Notes under the pieces: generated by a model
The model's input: the letters and a program-made list of their open reading frames with translations, nothing else
Told to the model about the DNA's origin: nothing
The model's database searches: none
Assembly: GCA_965214655.1 (NCBI GenBank)
Contig: OZ243965.1
Coordinates: forward strand, 2,916,048 to 2,980,047
Length of the DNA: 64,000 bases
From: Bryobacterales bacterium
GTDB lineage: Bacteria; Acidobacteriota; Terriglobia; Bryobacterales; UBA6623
Direction: 5' to 3'
Translations under genes and position numbers: made by a program
In this document: one piece after another, positions 29,270-38,717 of the stretch
How positions within the stretch are numbered: position 1 is the first letter of the stretch
Layout: every line of letters begins with the position of its first letter

Positions 29270-29887
29270 ATGAGTTATTTCAGAACATTGGGACTGGCGT
29301 TTGTTTTGAGTCTGTGCGCGGCGGCCGCGCCGCCCGCCAATCTCCGGGCCAACTCCCAATCGCAGATCAGGCAAAACGAACGCGCCGACGCCGACCGCCT
29401 CTCGCGGATGGCCGACGACGACATGGTCGCGCGTTGGGCGCGTCTGAAGCTGCTCGTGCCGGTGCCTGCACGGACCAGCGATTATTATCTCCACAGCCTT
29501 GCGCAGCAAAGGCGGTATCTGCGGCCTTGGGCGAAGCTTTTTCTGGATCGGCTGAGCCGGCAGTTCCGCACTCGATTCGGAAAGCCGATGCGGGTCACCA
29601 GTCTGCTGCGCACCGTCAGCTATCAGAACAGCCTCCGCAGGCGCAACGCGAACGCCGCTCCGGCTACCGGCCCCAAAGCCTCGTCGCACCTGACCGGCGC
29701 CTGCCTCGACATCTCCAAAAAGGGGATGACCCGATCGCAGCAAAGCTGGGTGCGCAACGTCCTGATGTCGCTGCACAACAAGAACTATCTCTTCGCGGTG
29801 GAAGAGTTCTACCAGCCCGTTTTCCACATCATGGTTCACCGCAGTTATGAGGACTACGTAGCCCGCAGACTGGCGGCGGCGAAGTGA
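29270..29887 (+). CDS. secreted hypothetical protein, DUF5715 / VanY-M15-peptidase-like
   Basis: ATG at 29270 gives the signal peptide MSYFRTLGLAFVLSLCAAAA; the track ORF starts at a GTG at 29252. VTSLLRTVSYQNSL...SSHLTGACLDISKKGM resembles the LAS/M15-like core of DUF5715 proteins (recognition from memory). Confidence 0.55.
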   Translation: MSYFRTLGLAFVLSLCAAAAPPANLRANSQSQIRQNERADADRLSRMADDDMVARWARLKLLVPVPARTSDYYLHSLAQQRRYLRPWAKLFLDRLSRQFRTRFGKPMRVTSLLRTVSYQNSLRRRNANAAPATGPKASSHLTGACLDISKKGMTRSQQSWVRNVLMSLHNKNYLFAVEEFYQPVFHIMVHRSYEDYVARRLAAAK

Positions 29888-29912
29888 CGCGGGCCGCCGC
29901 GCTGTTTCCCAG

Positions 29913-31196
29913 GTGAAAGACAGGTTTTCTCCGTCCGTCGCCGCGACGGCGCAAGCGCTCGGCGCGGGCGAGACCGACCCGCTGAAGCTGCTCGCAAGCG
30001 CCCTGCGTTCGATCCGCGGGCGCGAGGCCGAGGTCCGCGCGTGGAGCCATATCGACGGCGACGGCGCCCGCGAACGCGCGGGCAGGCTGACTGCGGAGTT
30101 GCGGCAATCCGGCGCGCGCAGCGGACTCCACGGCGTTCCTTTCGCCGTCAAGGATATTTTCGACACTGCGGACATGCCGACCGAATGGGGCTCGCCTCTC
30201 TGCAAGGGGCGCGTCCCGGCGAAAGACTGCGCCCTCGCCGCCAGGCTGCGGGAGATCGGCGCGGTGCTCGTCGGCAAGACGCATACGACGGCTTTCGCCT
30301 ACTATGACGCCGCTCCCACGCGGAATCCGCACGATCCGGCCCGCACTCCGGGGGGATCTTCCAGCGGCTCGGCCGCGGCGGTCGCCTGCGGCATGGTTCC
30401 CCTGGCGGTCGGCAGCCAGACGCAAGGCTCGGTGCTGCGTCCGGCCTCGTTCTGCGGCGTCGTCGGATTCAAGCCGACGTTCGGGAAACTGCCGCTCGCA
30501 GGCGTCATGCCGTTCGCGCCGACCCTCGATCACGCGGGGCTGTTCACTGCCGACGCGGCGGACATGCAGGCGGTTTGGCGGGCGTTGGGCTTTCCGGCGC
30601 AGTCCGCCCCGTGCGGCGCCGTCACGGCTATCGCCTGGCCGCCGCCCTGCGACCCGGCGGCCGAGCTCGATGCGTCGATGCGCAACACCTTGGAGGCGGC
30701 GCTGCGCGCCATCGCAAACGCCGGGATCGAGATGCGGCGAATACCCCGCCCGAGCTTTTTCGATGTTCTGCCGGCGGCGCTGAGGACGGTCATGTGCTAC
30801 GAGGCCGCGCAGCAGCACGGCGGCTTGTTCCGGGCGCACGGCGTCAAAGTCGGCGAGAAGCTCGCCTCGCTTCTGGACGAAGGGCTGAAAATTGCCGCCG
30901 GGGACTATCGCGCCGCCCTCGCGGCGCTGCATGCCTCGCGGGCCGCGTTCGCGCGATGGACGGCCGACCATCCCATCGTCGCTACGCCCGCCGCGCTCGG
31001 CCCCGCGCCCAGGGGGCTCGCCTCGACCGGCGACCCGCGGGCCAACGCGCCTTTCACCGCGCTCGGCGCGCCTGCAATCTCCATTCCTATGGGCAAGTCG
31101 CCGGACGGCCTCCCCTTGGGCCTGCAACTGGCGGCGGCGGCCGGCGAAGAGAGCCGCCTGTTGAGCACGGCCCGCGCCGTGGAGCAACTGCTCTGA
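29913..31196 (+). CDS. amidase (amidase-signature family, GatA-like)
   Basis: GTG start, 427 aa. GVPFAVKDIFD and GGSSSGSAAAVACGMVPLAVGSQTQGSVLRPASFCGVVGFKPTFG form the amidase signature with the Ser-cisSer-Lys triad region. Confidence 0.92.
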   Translation: MKDRFSPSVAATAQALGAGETDPLKLLASALRSIRGREAEVRAWSHIDGDGARERAGRLTAELRQSGARSGLHGVPFAVKDIFDTADMPTEWGSPLCKGRVPAKDCALAARLREIGAVLVGKTHTTAFAYYDAAPTRNPHDPARTPGGSSSGSAAAVACGMVPLAVGSQTQGSVLRPASFCGVVGFKPTFGKLPLAGVMPFAPTLDHAGLFTADAADMQAVWRALGFPAQSAPCGAVTAIAWPPPCDPAAELDASMRNTLEAALRAIANAGIEMRRIPRPSFFDVLPAALRTVMCYEAAQQHGGLFRAHGVKVGEKLASLLDEGLKIAAGDYRAALAALHASRAAFARWTADHPIVATPAALGPAPRGLASTGDPRANAPFTALGAPAISIPMGKSPDGLPLGLQLAAAAGEESRLLSTARAVEQLL

Positions 31197-31254
31197 CTCG
31201 CCGCTTCGAGCGCCGCCGCCGTGCTAACCTCTAGCAAGCCCTCCTGTTTTCGGC

Positions 31255-32637
31255 ATGCGTATTCTGATCGCCGGAGGCGGCCAAGGCGCCGCCCTCATTG
31301 CCGGACGCCTGATTCGCGAAGGCAACGAAGTCACCATCGTCGAGAAAGACCCCGAGCGCTGCCACCAGCTCGAGGACTTCCTGGACGCCAAAGTCGTCCG
31401 CGGCAGCGCCGGCAGCATCCGCACGCTGGAGCAGGCCGGTCTCGCCGGCGCCGAGATGCTGATCGCCGACACCGATTCGGACGAGATCAACTTGCTCTGC
31501 TGCATGATCGCGCAGACCGATTCCAACGTAAAGGTCAAGGTCGCCCGCGTGCGCACGCACGAGTTTCAGCAATGGGAGCGCATCGGCCGGGAAATGAGCT
31601 TGCGGATCGACCGCATCATTCACCCCGAGACCGAAATCATGGAGCGCATCAAGCGCGTCGTTCATGTCCCGGGGGTCTCGGACATCCTCGATTTCGCGGA
31701 CGGCGAAATCAAGCTCTTCGGCATGAACGTCGAGATCGACAGTTGGTTCGCGGGGAAAACCGTAGTCGAGCTCGATCAAGCCCATCCTCCGCCCGACTGC
31801 CTCATCGCGATGATCTTCCGCGGCCGGCAGGTGATTATCCCGCACGGAGCGCAGCGCCTCGAGCCCGGCGATCACATCTACATCTGCACGACGCGCCAAA
31901 ACCTCGATGCCGTGCTGGAGTTCATGGGCATCAAGAAGCAGAAGTCGATCGACCGCGTATTCATCGTCGGCGGCAAGCAAGTCGGCATATGGGTAGCCGA
32001 AGAGCTTGAACAGCAGGGAGTTCAGGTCAAGTTGATCGAGCGCGACCAGCGGCGCTGCAACATGATTTCCACGATGCTCGACAAGACCGTCGTCGTTCAC
32101 GGCGACGGCACCGACCAAGGCACGCTCGAAGAAGAGAACGTCGAGGGGGTCGATGCGTTCCTGGCGCTCACCAACGATGACGAAGACAACATCATCGCCT
32201 CGCTGCTCGCCCGCCGCCTTGGCGCACAGAAAGTCGTTGCCTTGATCAACCGCCTCAACTATCTGCCCCTGGTGCAGCGCCTGGGCATCAACACCTCCGT
32301 CAGCCAGCGCCTCACGGTGGTCGACCTGGTGCTGCAATACGTCCGCAAAGGCCGCGTGTTGTCGGTGACGACCTTCCGCGAAGAGGAAGCCGAGGCGATC
32401 GAATTGATCGCCGCGCCGGGCGCCAAGTTCGTGGGCAAGAAGCTGCGCGACGTGCGCTTCCCGCGGGGCGCGATCGTCGGAGCCATCGCGCGCCGGGACG
32501 GCCGCGTGTGCGTCCCGCGCGGAAACGTTGCCATCGAGGCCGGCGACCGGGTCATCTTCTTCACGCTCGAAAGCATCGTCCCCGAACTCGAATCCGCATT
32601 CTTGGTCGAACCCGCCGACAGGAAAGGCGTTCTGTGA
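31255..32637 (+). CDS. trkA: Trk potassium uptake system, NAD-binding peripheral subunit
   Basis: 460 aa with two RCK/TrkA-N + TrkA-C repeats. MRILIAGGGQGAALIAGRL..GNEVTIVEKD and IVGGKQVGIWVAEEL. Confidence 0.93.
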   Translation: MRILIAGGGQGAALIAGRLIREGNEVTIVEKDPERCHQLEDFLDAKVVRGSAGSIRTLEQAGLAGAEMLIADTDSDEINLLCCMIAQTDSNVKVKVARVRTHEFQQWERIGREMSLRIDRIIHPETEIMERIKRVVHVPGVSDILDFADGEIKLFGMNVEIDSWFAGKTVVELDQAHPPPDCLIAMIFRGRQVIIPHGAQRLEPGDHIYICTTRQNLDAVLEFMGIKKQKSIDRVFIVGGKQVGIWVAEELEQQGVQVKLIERDQRRCNMISTMLDKTVVVHGDGTDQGTLEEENVEGVDAFLALTNDDEDNIIASLLARRLGAQKVVALINRLNYLPLVQRLGINTSVSQRLTVVDLVLQYVRKGRVLSVTTFREEEAEAIELIAAPGAKFVGKKLRDVRFPRGAIVGAIARRDGRVCVPRGNVAIEAGDRVIFFTLESIVPELESAFLVEPADRKGVL

Positions 32638-34085
32638 TCCACTGGTCCGCCCTCGGACTCGTTTTCGGGCATTTTCTTCTCGCCTTCGCCGCGGCGATGG
32701 GGTTTCCCGTCGTCTATTCTCTGGCCACGGACCGGGCCGATCTCACCGCGCTGGCGCTTGCCTTGACCTGCACCGCGGCCTGCGGCGCATTCCTTCGCTT
32801 CGGCTGCCGCGGCCGCAACCGCGAGCTGAGCCGGCGCGAGGGCCTGCTGCTTGTCGTCGTCACCTGGTTCGGCGCATCGTTCTTCGGCTGCCTGCCGTAT
32901 GCATTTTCGCCTTATTTCCACAGCTTTACCGACGCCTGGTTCGAATCCGTCTCGGGATTCACAACGACCGGCGCGACCGTCCTGAATGAAGTCGAGGCGT
33001 TGTCGCCTCCTATCCAGCTTTGGCGCTGCTTTTCCCATTGGCTGGGCGGCATGGGCATCGTCGTTCTCGTAGTCGCCATCCTGCCGCTGGTCGGCCACGG
33101 CGGCATGCACCTCTATCGCGCGGAGTTTTCCGGGGCGAAGTCGGTAAAGCTCAAGCCGCGCATCGCCGAGACCGCGGCGTCGTTGTGGAAAATCTACCTG
33201 GCGTTGACTTTGGCCGAGTACGTCGTCCTGCTGGGCCTCGGCATGACCCATTTCGAGGCCGTTACCCATGCGTTCTCGACGATGGGCACGGGCGGATTTT
33301 CAACGCGCACCGCCAGCATCGCCGGCTTCGAAAGTCCGCTGATCGAGTACGTCGTCATTGTCTTCATGTTGCTGGCCGGCATCAGTCTCATCCAGCAGTA
33401 CCGGTTGTGGGTCGAGAGGAGTCCGGGCAGCGTGCTGCACGATTTCGAGGTGCGGCTGTATCTCACTCTGGTTGCGGTGGCGTCCGGGCTGATCGGCTGC
33501 ATTCTTTACTTCGACGGAGGGTACGGACTCGAGCAAGCCTTCCGCGGGGCGTTGTTTCAGGTTGCCTCGATCACGACGACGACCGGCTTCGTCACCGAAA
33601 ATTTCGAAGCGTGGCGCCCGTTGCCGCAACTCATTCTATTGGCGCTCATGTTTGTCGGAGGCTGCACGGGCTCGACGGCCGGAGGCATGAAGATCGCTCG
33701 CCTGGCGCTTCTGGGCAAGGTCGTCGACCGCGAGTTCAAGCGGATCGTCGAACGCCGCGGCGTCTTCGCCGTAAGAGTCGGCGGCGGCGTAGCGCCCGAA
33801 TCCGCCGTTCAGGGCCTGCTCAATCTTGTTTATCTGGCCTTCGTGGTGAACTTTTTCTCCTGTTTGGCGATGGCCGCGCTCGGAGTGGACATATTGACTT
33901 CGATCGCCGCCGTAGCGGCCTCGATGTTCAACATCGGCCCGGGTTTCGGCAACGTCGGCCCCTTGGAAAACTACGCCGCCCTGCCGGCCCTTGCCAAGTG
34001 GGTGCTGAGTTTCGACATGATCGCCGGCCGACTCGAGTTCTACACCGTTCTCGTCATCCTCACTCCCTGGTTCTGGCGCAAGTGA
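32634..34085 (+). CDS. trkH: Trk potassium uptake system, membrane subunit
   Basis: In-frame GTG at 32634 overlaps the trkA stop (GTGA). Polytopic membrane protein with selectivity-filter-like segments SGFTTTGATV, MGTGGFS, TTTGFV and GCTGSTAGGMK. Confidence 0.92.
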   Translation: MIHWSALGLVFGHFLLAFAAAMGFPVVYSLATDRADLTALALALTCTAACGAFLRFGCRGRNRELSRREGLLLVVVTWFGASFFGCLPYAFSPYFHSFTDAWFESVSGFTTTGATVLNEVEALSPPIQLWRCFSHWLGGMGIVVLVVAILPLVGHGGMHLYRAEFSGAKSVKLKPRIAETAASLWKIYLALTLAEYVVLLGLGMTHFEAVTHAFSTMGTGGFSTRTASIAGFESPLIEYVVIVFMLLAGISLIQQYRLWVERSPGSVLHDFEVRLYLTLVAVASGLIGCILYFDGGYGLEQAFRGALFQVASITTTTGFVTENFEAWRPLPQLILLALMFVGGCTGSTAGGMKIARLALLGKVVDREFKRIVERRGVFAVRVGGGVAPESAVQGLLNLVYLAFVVNFFSCLAMAALGVDILTSIAAVAASMFNIGPGFGNVGPLENYAALPALAKWVLSFDMIAGRLEFYTVLVILTPWFWRK

Positions 34086-34221
34086 ACGCTGCGGGCGCGG
34101 CGTTTTCAACCCGCTCGGCATGGCGCCTTGCCCGCCGCGCCGGCCCCGCAGGATAACCTCAGCCCATAAACCTGCGTCATTACATGCAGGCGGAATTCCT
34201 TCCGGCGCGAGAGGACCGAGA

Positions 34222-35487
34222 ATGGCGAATTCGATATTGAGCAGGCCTTGGGTGCGGTGGGTGTTGATGGTCGTGTTGGGCGCGGTCGCCTCGTTCGCCG
34301 CCTTGAATCTTTACGAGCCGCCGGCACCGGCGATCCCCACCGCGCGGGTCGAGCGCCGCGATTTCTTGCGCACCGTCCGCGCCCGCGGTGAGCTCAAGAG
34401 CGCCGAATCCGTCCAGATCACGGCGCCGCAAACGCCCGATTTGAAGATTGTTCAACTCGCTGAGAACGGCAAGCCGATCGAGGCCGGAGACGTCGTCGTC
34501 AGATTCGACGAATCCGCGCAGGAAGACACATTGATTCTGCGCGAAACGAACGTCAGGCAGGTCGACAGCGAAATCAAGCAAGCCACGGCTCAACACTCCA
34601 TCACCGACGAGCGCAACGCGATGGAGATCATGCAGGCGCAATACAATCTCGAGCGCGCCGAGCTGGAGGCGAGCAAGCAGGAGATACTCGCCGAGATCGA
34701 GGCGGAAAAAGCCAAGATCGACGTGGAAATCAACGAGGGCGAGTTGAACAAGGCTGAAACCAACGAAGAGGCCAGCAACATTTCCCAACAAGCCGACCTT
34801 GCCCGTCTGGAAGAGCGGCGCAGCAAGGCTCTGCGCGATCTGGAGTTGTCCCGCCGTTACCTCGGCAGCATGGTGCTGCGGGCGCCCATCGGCGGGATCG
34901 TCCATATCCTTTCCAACAATCGGGCGCAGGGGTCGTTCGGAACCGCGCGCCCGCCGTTTCAAGAAGGCGATACCGTTTGGACGGGCGCGCCCATCGCCGA
35001 AATTCCCGATCTCGAGTCCTTGCGGGTGGAATTCCGCGTCGAGGAAATCGATCGCGGACGCGTCGCCGAAGCACAAGAAACGCGTGTCCGCGTGGACGCC
35101 GTTCCCGACGTGGTGCTCACCGGGAAAGTAACCTGGCTGAGTCCGATCGCAACGCTTGTGTTCAGCCGTCTGCCCCCGGAGAAGAATTTCCCGGCGCACA
35201 CGGCTCTCGACAAGATCGATGACCGCCTGCGGCCGGGCATGAGCGCGACGGTTGAAATCGTGGTGCAGCGCCTGCCGGACGTGCTGGTCATTCCGGCCAA
35301 AGCCTCGACGCAGATCGACGGCAGGCCTACGGTATTCGTCAAGGACGGCGCCGGCTACCGGCGGGTAAGGATCGAGGTCGCAGCGAGTAACGGCGCTGAC
35401 ATCGTTGTCGCCTCGGGTCTCGACGAGGGCGAAGTGATCGCGCTCGAAAACCCCGAGTTGACCGCGGCCAAGGGCCGCACAACCTGA
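34222..35487 (+). CDS. efflux transporter periplasmic adaptor (HlyD/MacA family), copy 1
   Basis: Trimmed to the ATG at 34222 (MANSILSRPWVRWVLMVVLGAV membrane anchor). Lipoyl/barrel-sandwich segments, a long alpha-hairpin (34560-34830), LRAPIGGIV.. and the C-terminal beta-barrel. Confidence 0.88.
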   Translation: MANSILSRPWVRWVLMVVLGAVASFAALNLYEPPAPAIPTARVERRDFLRTVRARGELKSAESVQITAPQTPDLKIVQLAENGKPIEAGDVVVRFDESAQEDTLILRETNVRQVDSEIKQATAQHSITDERNAMEIMQAQYNLERAELEASKQEILAEIEAEKAKIDVEINEGELNKAETNEEASNISQQADLARLEERRSKALRDLELSRRYLGSMVLRAPIGGIVHILSNNRAQGSFGTARPPFQEGDTVWTGAPIAEIPDLESLRVEFRVEEIDRGRVAEAQETRVRVDAVPDVVLTGKVTWLSPIATLVFSRLPPEKNFPAHTALDKIDDRLRPGMSATVEIVVQRLPDVLVIPAKASTQIDGRPTVFVKDGAGYRRVRIEVAASNGADIVVASGLDEGEVIALENPELTAAKGRTT

Positions 35488-35507
35488 TCGACCGAGGGGT
35501 ATAGGTC

Positions 35508-37460
35508 ATGAACAAGATGCTCATCCGATTAGCCGTTCTGCTCGCTGTTATCGGCATGGTCGCCGGCGGTTACTACCTGGTCCAACAGATTCCCGAGGAC
35601 GAATCGACGATCGTGCTCGCGGAGGTCAAACGCGGCGACCTGGTTGTCAAGACGTTTTTGCGGGGAGAGTTGCGCGCCGTGCGCTCGCTGACGTTGACCG
35701 CGCCGAACATCGGCACGCAGTCCCAGATCACGCAGTTGGCGCCGGCCGGGGCGCTGGCCAATCGCGGCAATCTCATTTTCGAGCTTGACGATTCCGAGCG
35801 GGTGGCGGCGCTGGAAGACAGCCTGCTGGAGGTCGAAAAAATCCAGGAAGACCTCAAGAAGGCGGAGACCGAGCTCGATATCCGCAAAAGCCAGGACGAA
35901 GTCGAGATCGTCCGCGCCAATTTCCAGGTGCGCCGCGCCGAGCTTGAGGTTCGCCGCAACGAGTTGATCTCGGAAATCGACGCCCGCAAGAATATTTTGA
36001 CCTTGGAAGAGACGCGCAGACGCAAGCAAAAGCTCGAAGAAGACATCAAGAACCGCTTGCAGCAGCGCGAAGCCGAGCTTGCCGTTTTGCGCGAGCAGCT
36101 CAATAAGGCGCAACTCGACGTGGACCGCGACAAGCGGCGCATCGAGCAGTCCCGCGTGCTGGCGCCCATGACGGGATTGGTCTCGGTGCTGCAAAACCGC
36201 TCCGGCGGCCGCGGCGGCTTCGGACAATCGACGCCCGACATTCGGGAAGGCGATCAGATCCCGGCGGGGATGTCGGTGGCGCAATTGCTCGATCTGTCCG
36301 AGATGGAGCTCGTGACCAAAGTCGAGGAAGTCGAGCGCGCCAACCTCAAGGAAGGCCAGACCGTGGTGATCCGCCTCGACGCCTTGCCCGGCAAGACGGT
36401 CGAAGGCAAGATCGAACGCTTGGGCAACACGGCATCGACCAACATCTTCGCGGGCGAAGCGACCAAGAAATTCGAGTGCGTGATCTCGATCGACATGAGC
36501 CAGTTGCTCAGCCACGTCGGCGCTGACGGGGAGCGCATCGAACGCATCATGGCGACGGCGCGCGCAAATGCGGCTACCGGCTACGGTTCGTCCGGCGGCG
36601 GGCAGGGCGGCGGCGGCAACCGTCAGGCGCAAGGCGGGCAGGGCGGCCGACAACAGGCTCAGGGCGGCGGCGGGCAGCGCGGGCAGGGCGGCGGCGGCAA
36701 CCGTCAGGCGCAAGGCGGGCAGGGCGGCCGGCAACAGGCTCAGGGCGGCGGCGGTCAAGGCGGCCGCCGCGGCGGATTCGATCCGGCGGCCATGCTCAGC
36801 CGGCTTCCGGAAGACGCCCGCAAGAAGGCGGAAGCGCTGCTCAAAGGCCGCGGGCCGCAAGAATTGAGCAACGAGGAACGCCAGCAGTTTCGGCAAATCA
36901 TGCAGGCTGCGTTTCAACGCGGCGGCGGACAGGGCGGCGGCAGAGGCGGCGCGGGCGGCGGCGGCTTCGCTCCTCCCGGGGGCGGCGGATTCGGCGCGGG
37001 CGGCGGACGCGGCGGAGCGCCCGCCGCGCCGAGCGGTCCGACTTCCAGCGGGTCGGAATTCAGCGCCGAGCAGCGCCAGGCGGCCATATTGCCGCGCCCG
37101 CCGGAAGAGGGTTCGGATGTCGATATCCTCCTGCGCCCCGGGCTTCTGGCCGACGCCGAAGTGATCGTCGAAAGCATTCCCGACACGCTGTATATTCCTT
37201 TCCAGGCAGTGTTCGAAGACGGGTCGCAATCCATCGTCTACGTGCTGGAAGGCGGCAGCCTGCGCCCGCGGCGAGTCTCGCTCGGCAAGCGCTCGGAATC
37301 GCAAATAGCCGTAATCGAGGGACTCGAAGAAGATGAAAGGATCGCCTTGCAAGCTCCCGGCAGCGCACCGGGCGCGGCTCGCAAAGCCGAGGAAAAATCC
37401 TCCGGCCCGTCTCTTCCCAGCGGCGGCGGACTCGGCGGCGGCGGGAGACGAGGCGGCTGA
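35508..37460 (+). CDS. efflux transporter periplasmic adaptor (HlyD/MacA family), copy 2, with a Gly/Gln-rich low-complexity insertion
   Basis: 650 aa. N-terminal anchor, AEVKRGDLV.., an alpha-hairpin and VLAPMTGLV.. as in MacA. About 160 aa of G/Q/R-rich sequence then lies between the beta-barrel and the membrane-proximal segment (...LADAEVIVESIPDTLYIPFQAV..VYVLEGG..RPRRVSLGKRSESQIAVIEGLEEDERIAL). Confidence 0.85.
   Translation: MNKMLIRLAVLLAVIGMVAGGYYLVQQIPEDESTIVLAEVKRGDLVVKTFLRGELRAVRSLTLTAPNIGTQSQITQLAPAGALANRGNLIFELDDSERVAALEDSLLEVEKIQEDLKKAETELDIRKSQDEVEIVRANFQVRRAELEVRRNELISEIDARKNILTLEETRRRKQKLEEDIKNRLQQREAELAVLREQLNKAQLDVDRDKRRIEQSRVLAPMTGLVSVLQNRSGGRGGFGQSTPDIREGDQIPAGMSVAQLLDLSEMELVTKVEEVERANLKEGQTVVIRLDALPGKTVEGKIERLGNTASTNIFAGEATKKFECVISIDMSQLLSHVGADGERIERIMATARANAATGYGSSGGGQGGGGNRQAQGGQGGRQQAQGGGGQRGQGGGGNRQAQGGQGGRQQAQGGGGQGGRRGGFDPAAMLSRLPEDARKKAEALLKGRGPQELSNEERQQFRQIMQAAFQRGGGQGGGRGGAGGGGFAPPGGGGFGAGGGRGGAPAAPSGPTSSGSEFSAEQRQAAILPRPPEEGSDVDILLRPGLLADAEVIVESIPDTLYIPFQAVFEDGSQSIVYVLEGGSLRPRRVSLGKRSESQIAVIEGLEEDERIALQAPGSAPGAARKAEEKSSGPSLPSGGGLGGGGRRGG
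36600..36761 (+). repeat. 2 x 81-nt near-perfect tandem repeat inside the adaptor gene (encodes 27-aa GQGGGGNRQAQGGQGGRQQAQGGGGQ(R/G) units)
   Basis: 36600-36680 and 36681-36761 differ only at one internal base and in the last ~8 nt. They are in frame with the CDS. Confidence 0.9.
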
Positions 37461-37463
37461 GCG

Positions 37464-38717
37464 ATGACTATCCCCAACATGCTGCCCGAGCTCTTCATGG
37501 GGCTGGGCAGCCTCCTTGCCCACAAGCTGCGCTCGCTGCTGACGATGCTGGGCATGATCTTCGGCGTCGGCGCGGTGGTCGCGATGCTTTCGATCACCGA
37601 GGGCGCGCAGCAGGAGATGATCCGCTATATCGATCTGCTCGGCGTCAACAATATCGTCGTGGAAGCCAACGAGGCCGTCGACCGCGACACGCTGTTGTCC
37701 GTCCGACAAATTTCCCCGGGGCTCACCTTCCGCGACGCCAGGGCGATCACGGCGAACGCCCCCAACATCGCCCAACTGTCCCCGCGCAAAATCTTCCAGC
37801 CGACGAGCATTCTGCCGCGCACCGAAGCCGACCTGCCGCAGCTTCTCGGCGTGCTGCCGAACTACACCGAAATCTACAATCTGACCCTTCTCGAAGGCCG
37901 GTTTTTCGATGAGCAAGAGAACTTGCGCTCCTCGCCCGTCTGCGTCTTGGGAGAGCGGGCCAAGATCAACCTGCTCGGCTACGGCGCCGCGGTCGGCAAA
38001 TACGTCAAGGTCAATGAAGTCTGGCTGCGCGTGATCGGCGTCATGGCGCCCCAGGCGACCGCCGAGTCCGGCGTCGAAGGACTGGAAACCGACGACCGCA
38101 ATAATCTGATTCTCGCGCCGCTCAACTCGGTGATGCGCCGCTTCGAGGACAACAACAGCTATCTCAAAGACGAGATCGACGGCATCTTCATCCGCGTCAA
38201 TTCGGATTCGGATCCGATTGAAACTTCCCAGATCGTGCGCGCGATCTTGAACGCCACGCACAATGCCGCCAGCGATTTCTCGGTGCTGGTGCCGGCCGAT
38301 CTGCTCGCTCAGCGCGAACAGCAGCAGCTTGTCTTTCAGGTCGTCATGATCTGCATCGCCGGCATTTCGCTGCTGGTCGGCGGCATCGGAATCATGAACA
38401 TCATGCTCGCCACGGTGCTGGAGCGCACGCGGGAGATCGGCATCCGCCGCGCTATCGGCGCCCGCCAGCGCGACATCGTCAGACAGTTCCTGATCGAAGC
38501 GGTGCTCATCTCCATCCTGGGCGGCGTCATCGGCATCGCGGCCGGATTCGGCGGCTCGAAAATGATTGCCGCCATCGCCGGCTGGGCGACTGTCGTGACG
38601 GCTTTGTCGATCGTCGTTTCGTTTGGCGTGTCGGTATTTATCGGCCTGCTGTTCGGGATTTACCCGGCGGTGCAAGCGGCCAAGCTCGATCCCATTGAGG
38701 CCATTCGTTATGAGTAA
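37464..38717 (+). CDS. MacB-type ABC transporter permease (MacB_PCD + FtsX domains), no fused or adjacent ATPase
   Basis: 417 aa. HKLRSLLTMLGMIFGVGAVVAMLSI (TM1), a large periplasmic domain, and the C-terminal FtsX core LERTREIGIRRAIGARQRDIVRQFLIEAVLISILGGVIGI. Confidence 0.9.
   Translation: MTIPNMLPELFMGLGSLLAHKLRSLLTMLGMIFGVGAVVAMLSITEGAQQEMIRYIDLLGVNNIVVEANEAVDRDTLLSVRQISPGLTFRDARAITANAPNIAQLSPRKIFQPTSILPRTEADLPQLLGVLPNYTEIYNLTLLEGRFFDEQENLRSSPVCVLGERAKINLLGYGAAVGKYVKVNEVWLRVIGVMAPQATAESGVEGLETDDRNNLILAPLNSVMRRFEDNNSYLKDEIDGIFIRVNSDSDPIETSQIVRAILNATHNAASDFSVLVPADLLAQREQQQLVFQVVMICIAGISLLVGGIGIMNIMLATVLERTREIGIRRAIGARQRDIVRQFLIEAVLISILGGVIGIAAGFGGSKMIAAIAGWATVVTALSIVVSFGVSVFIGLLFGIYPAVQAAKLDPIEAIRYE

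Noticed and set aside
36600-36761. A possible CRISPR-like or other non-coding repeat array.
   Set aside because: There are only two units, directly adjacent with no spacers, in frame within a well-supported CDS, and they encode a repeated peptide. It is a coding tandem repeat.
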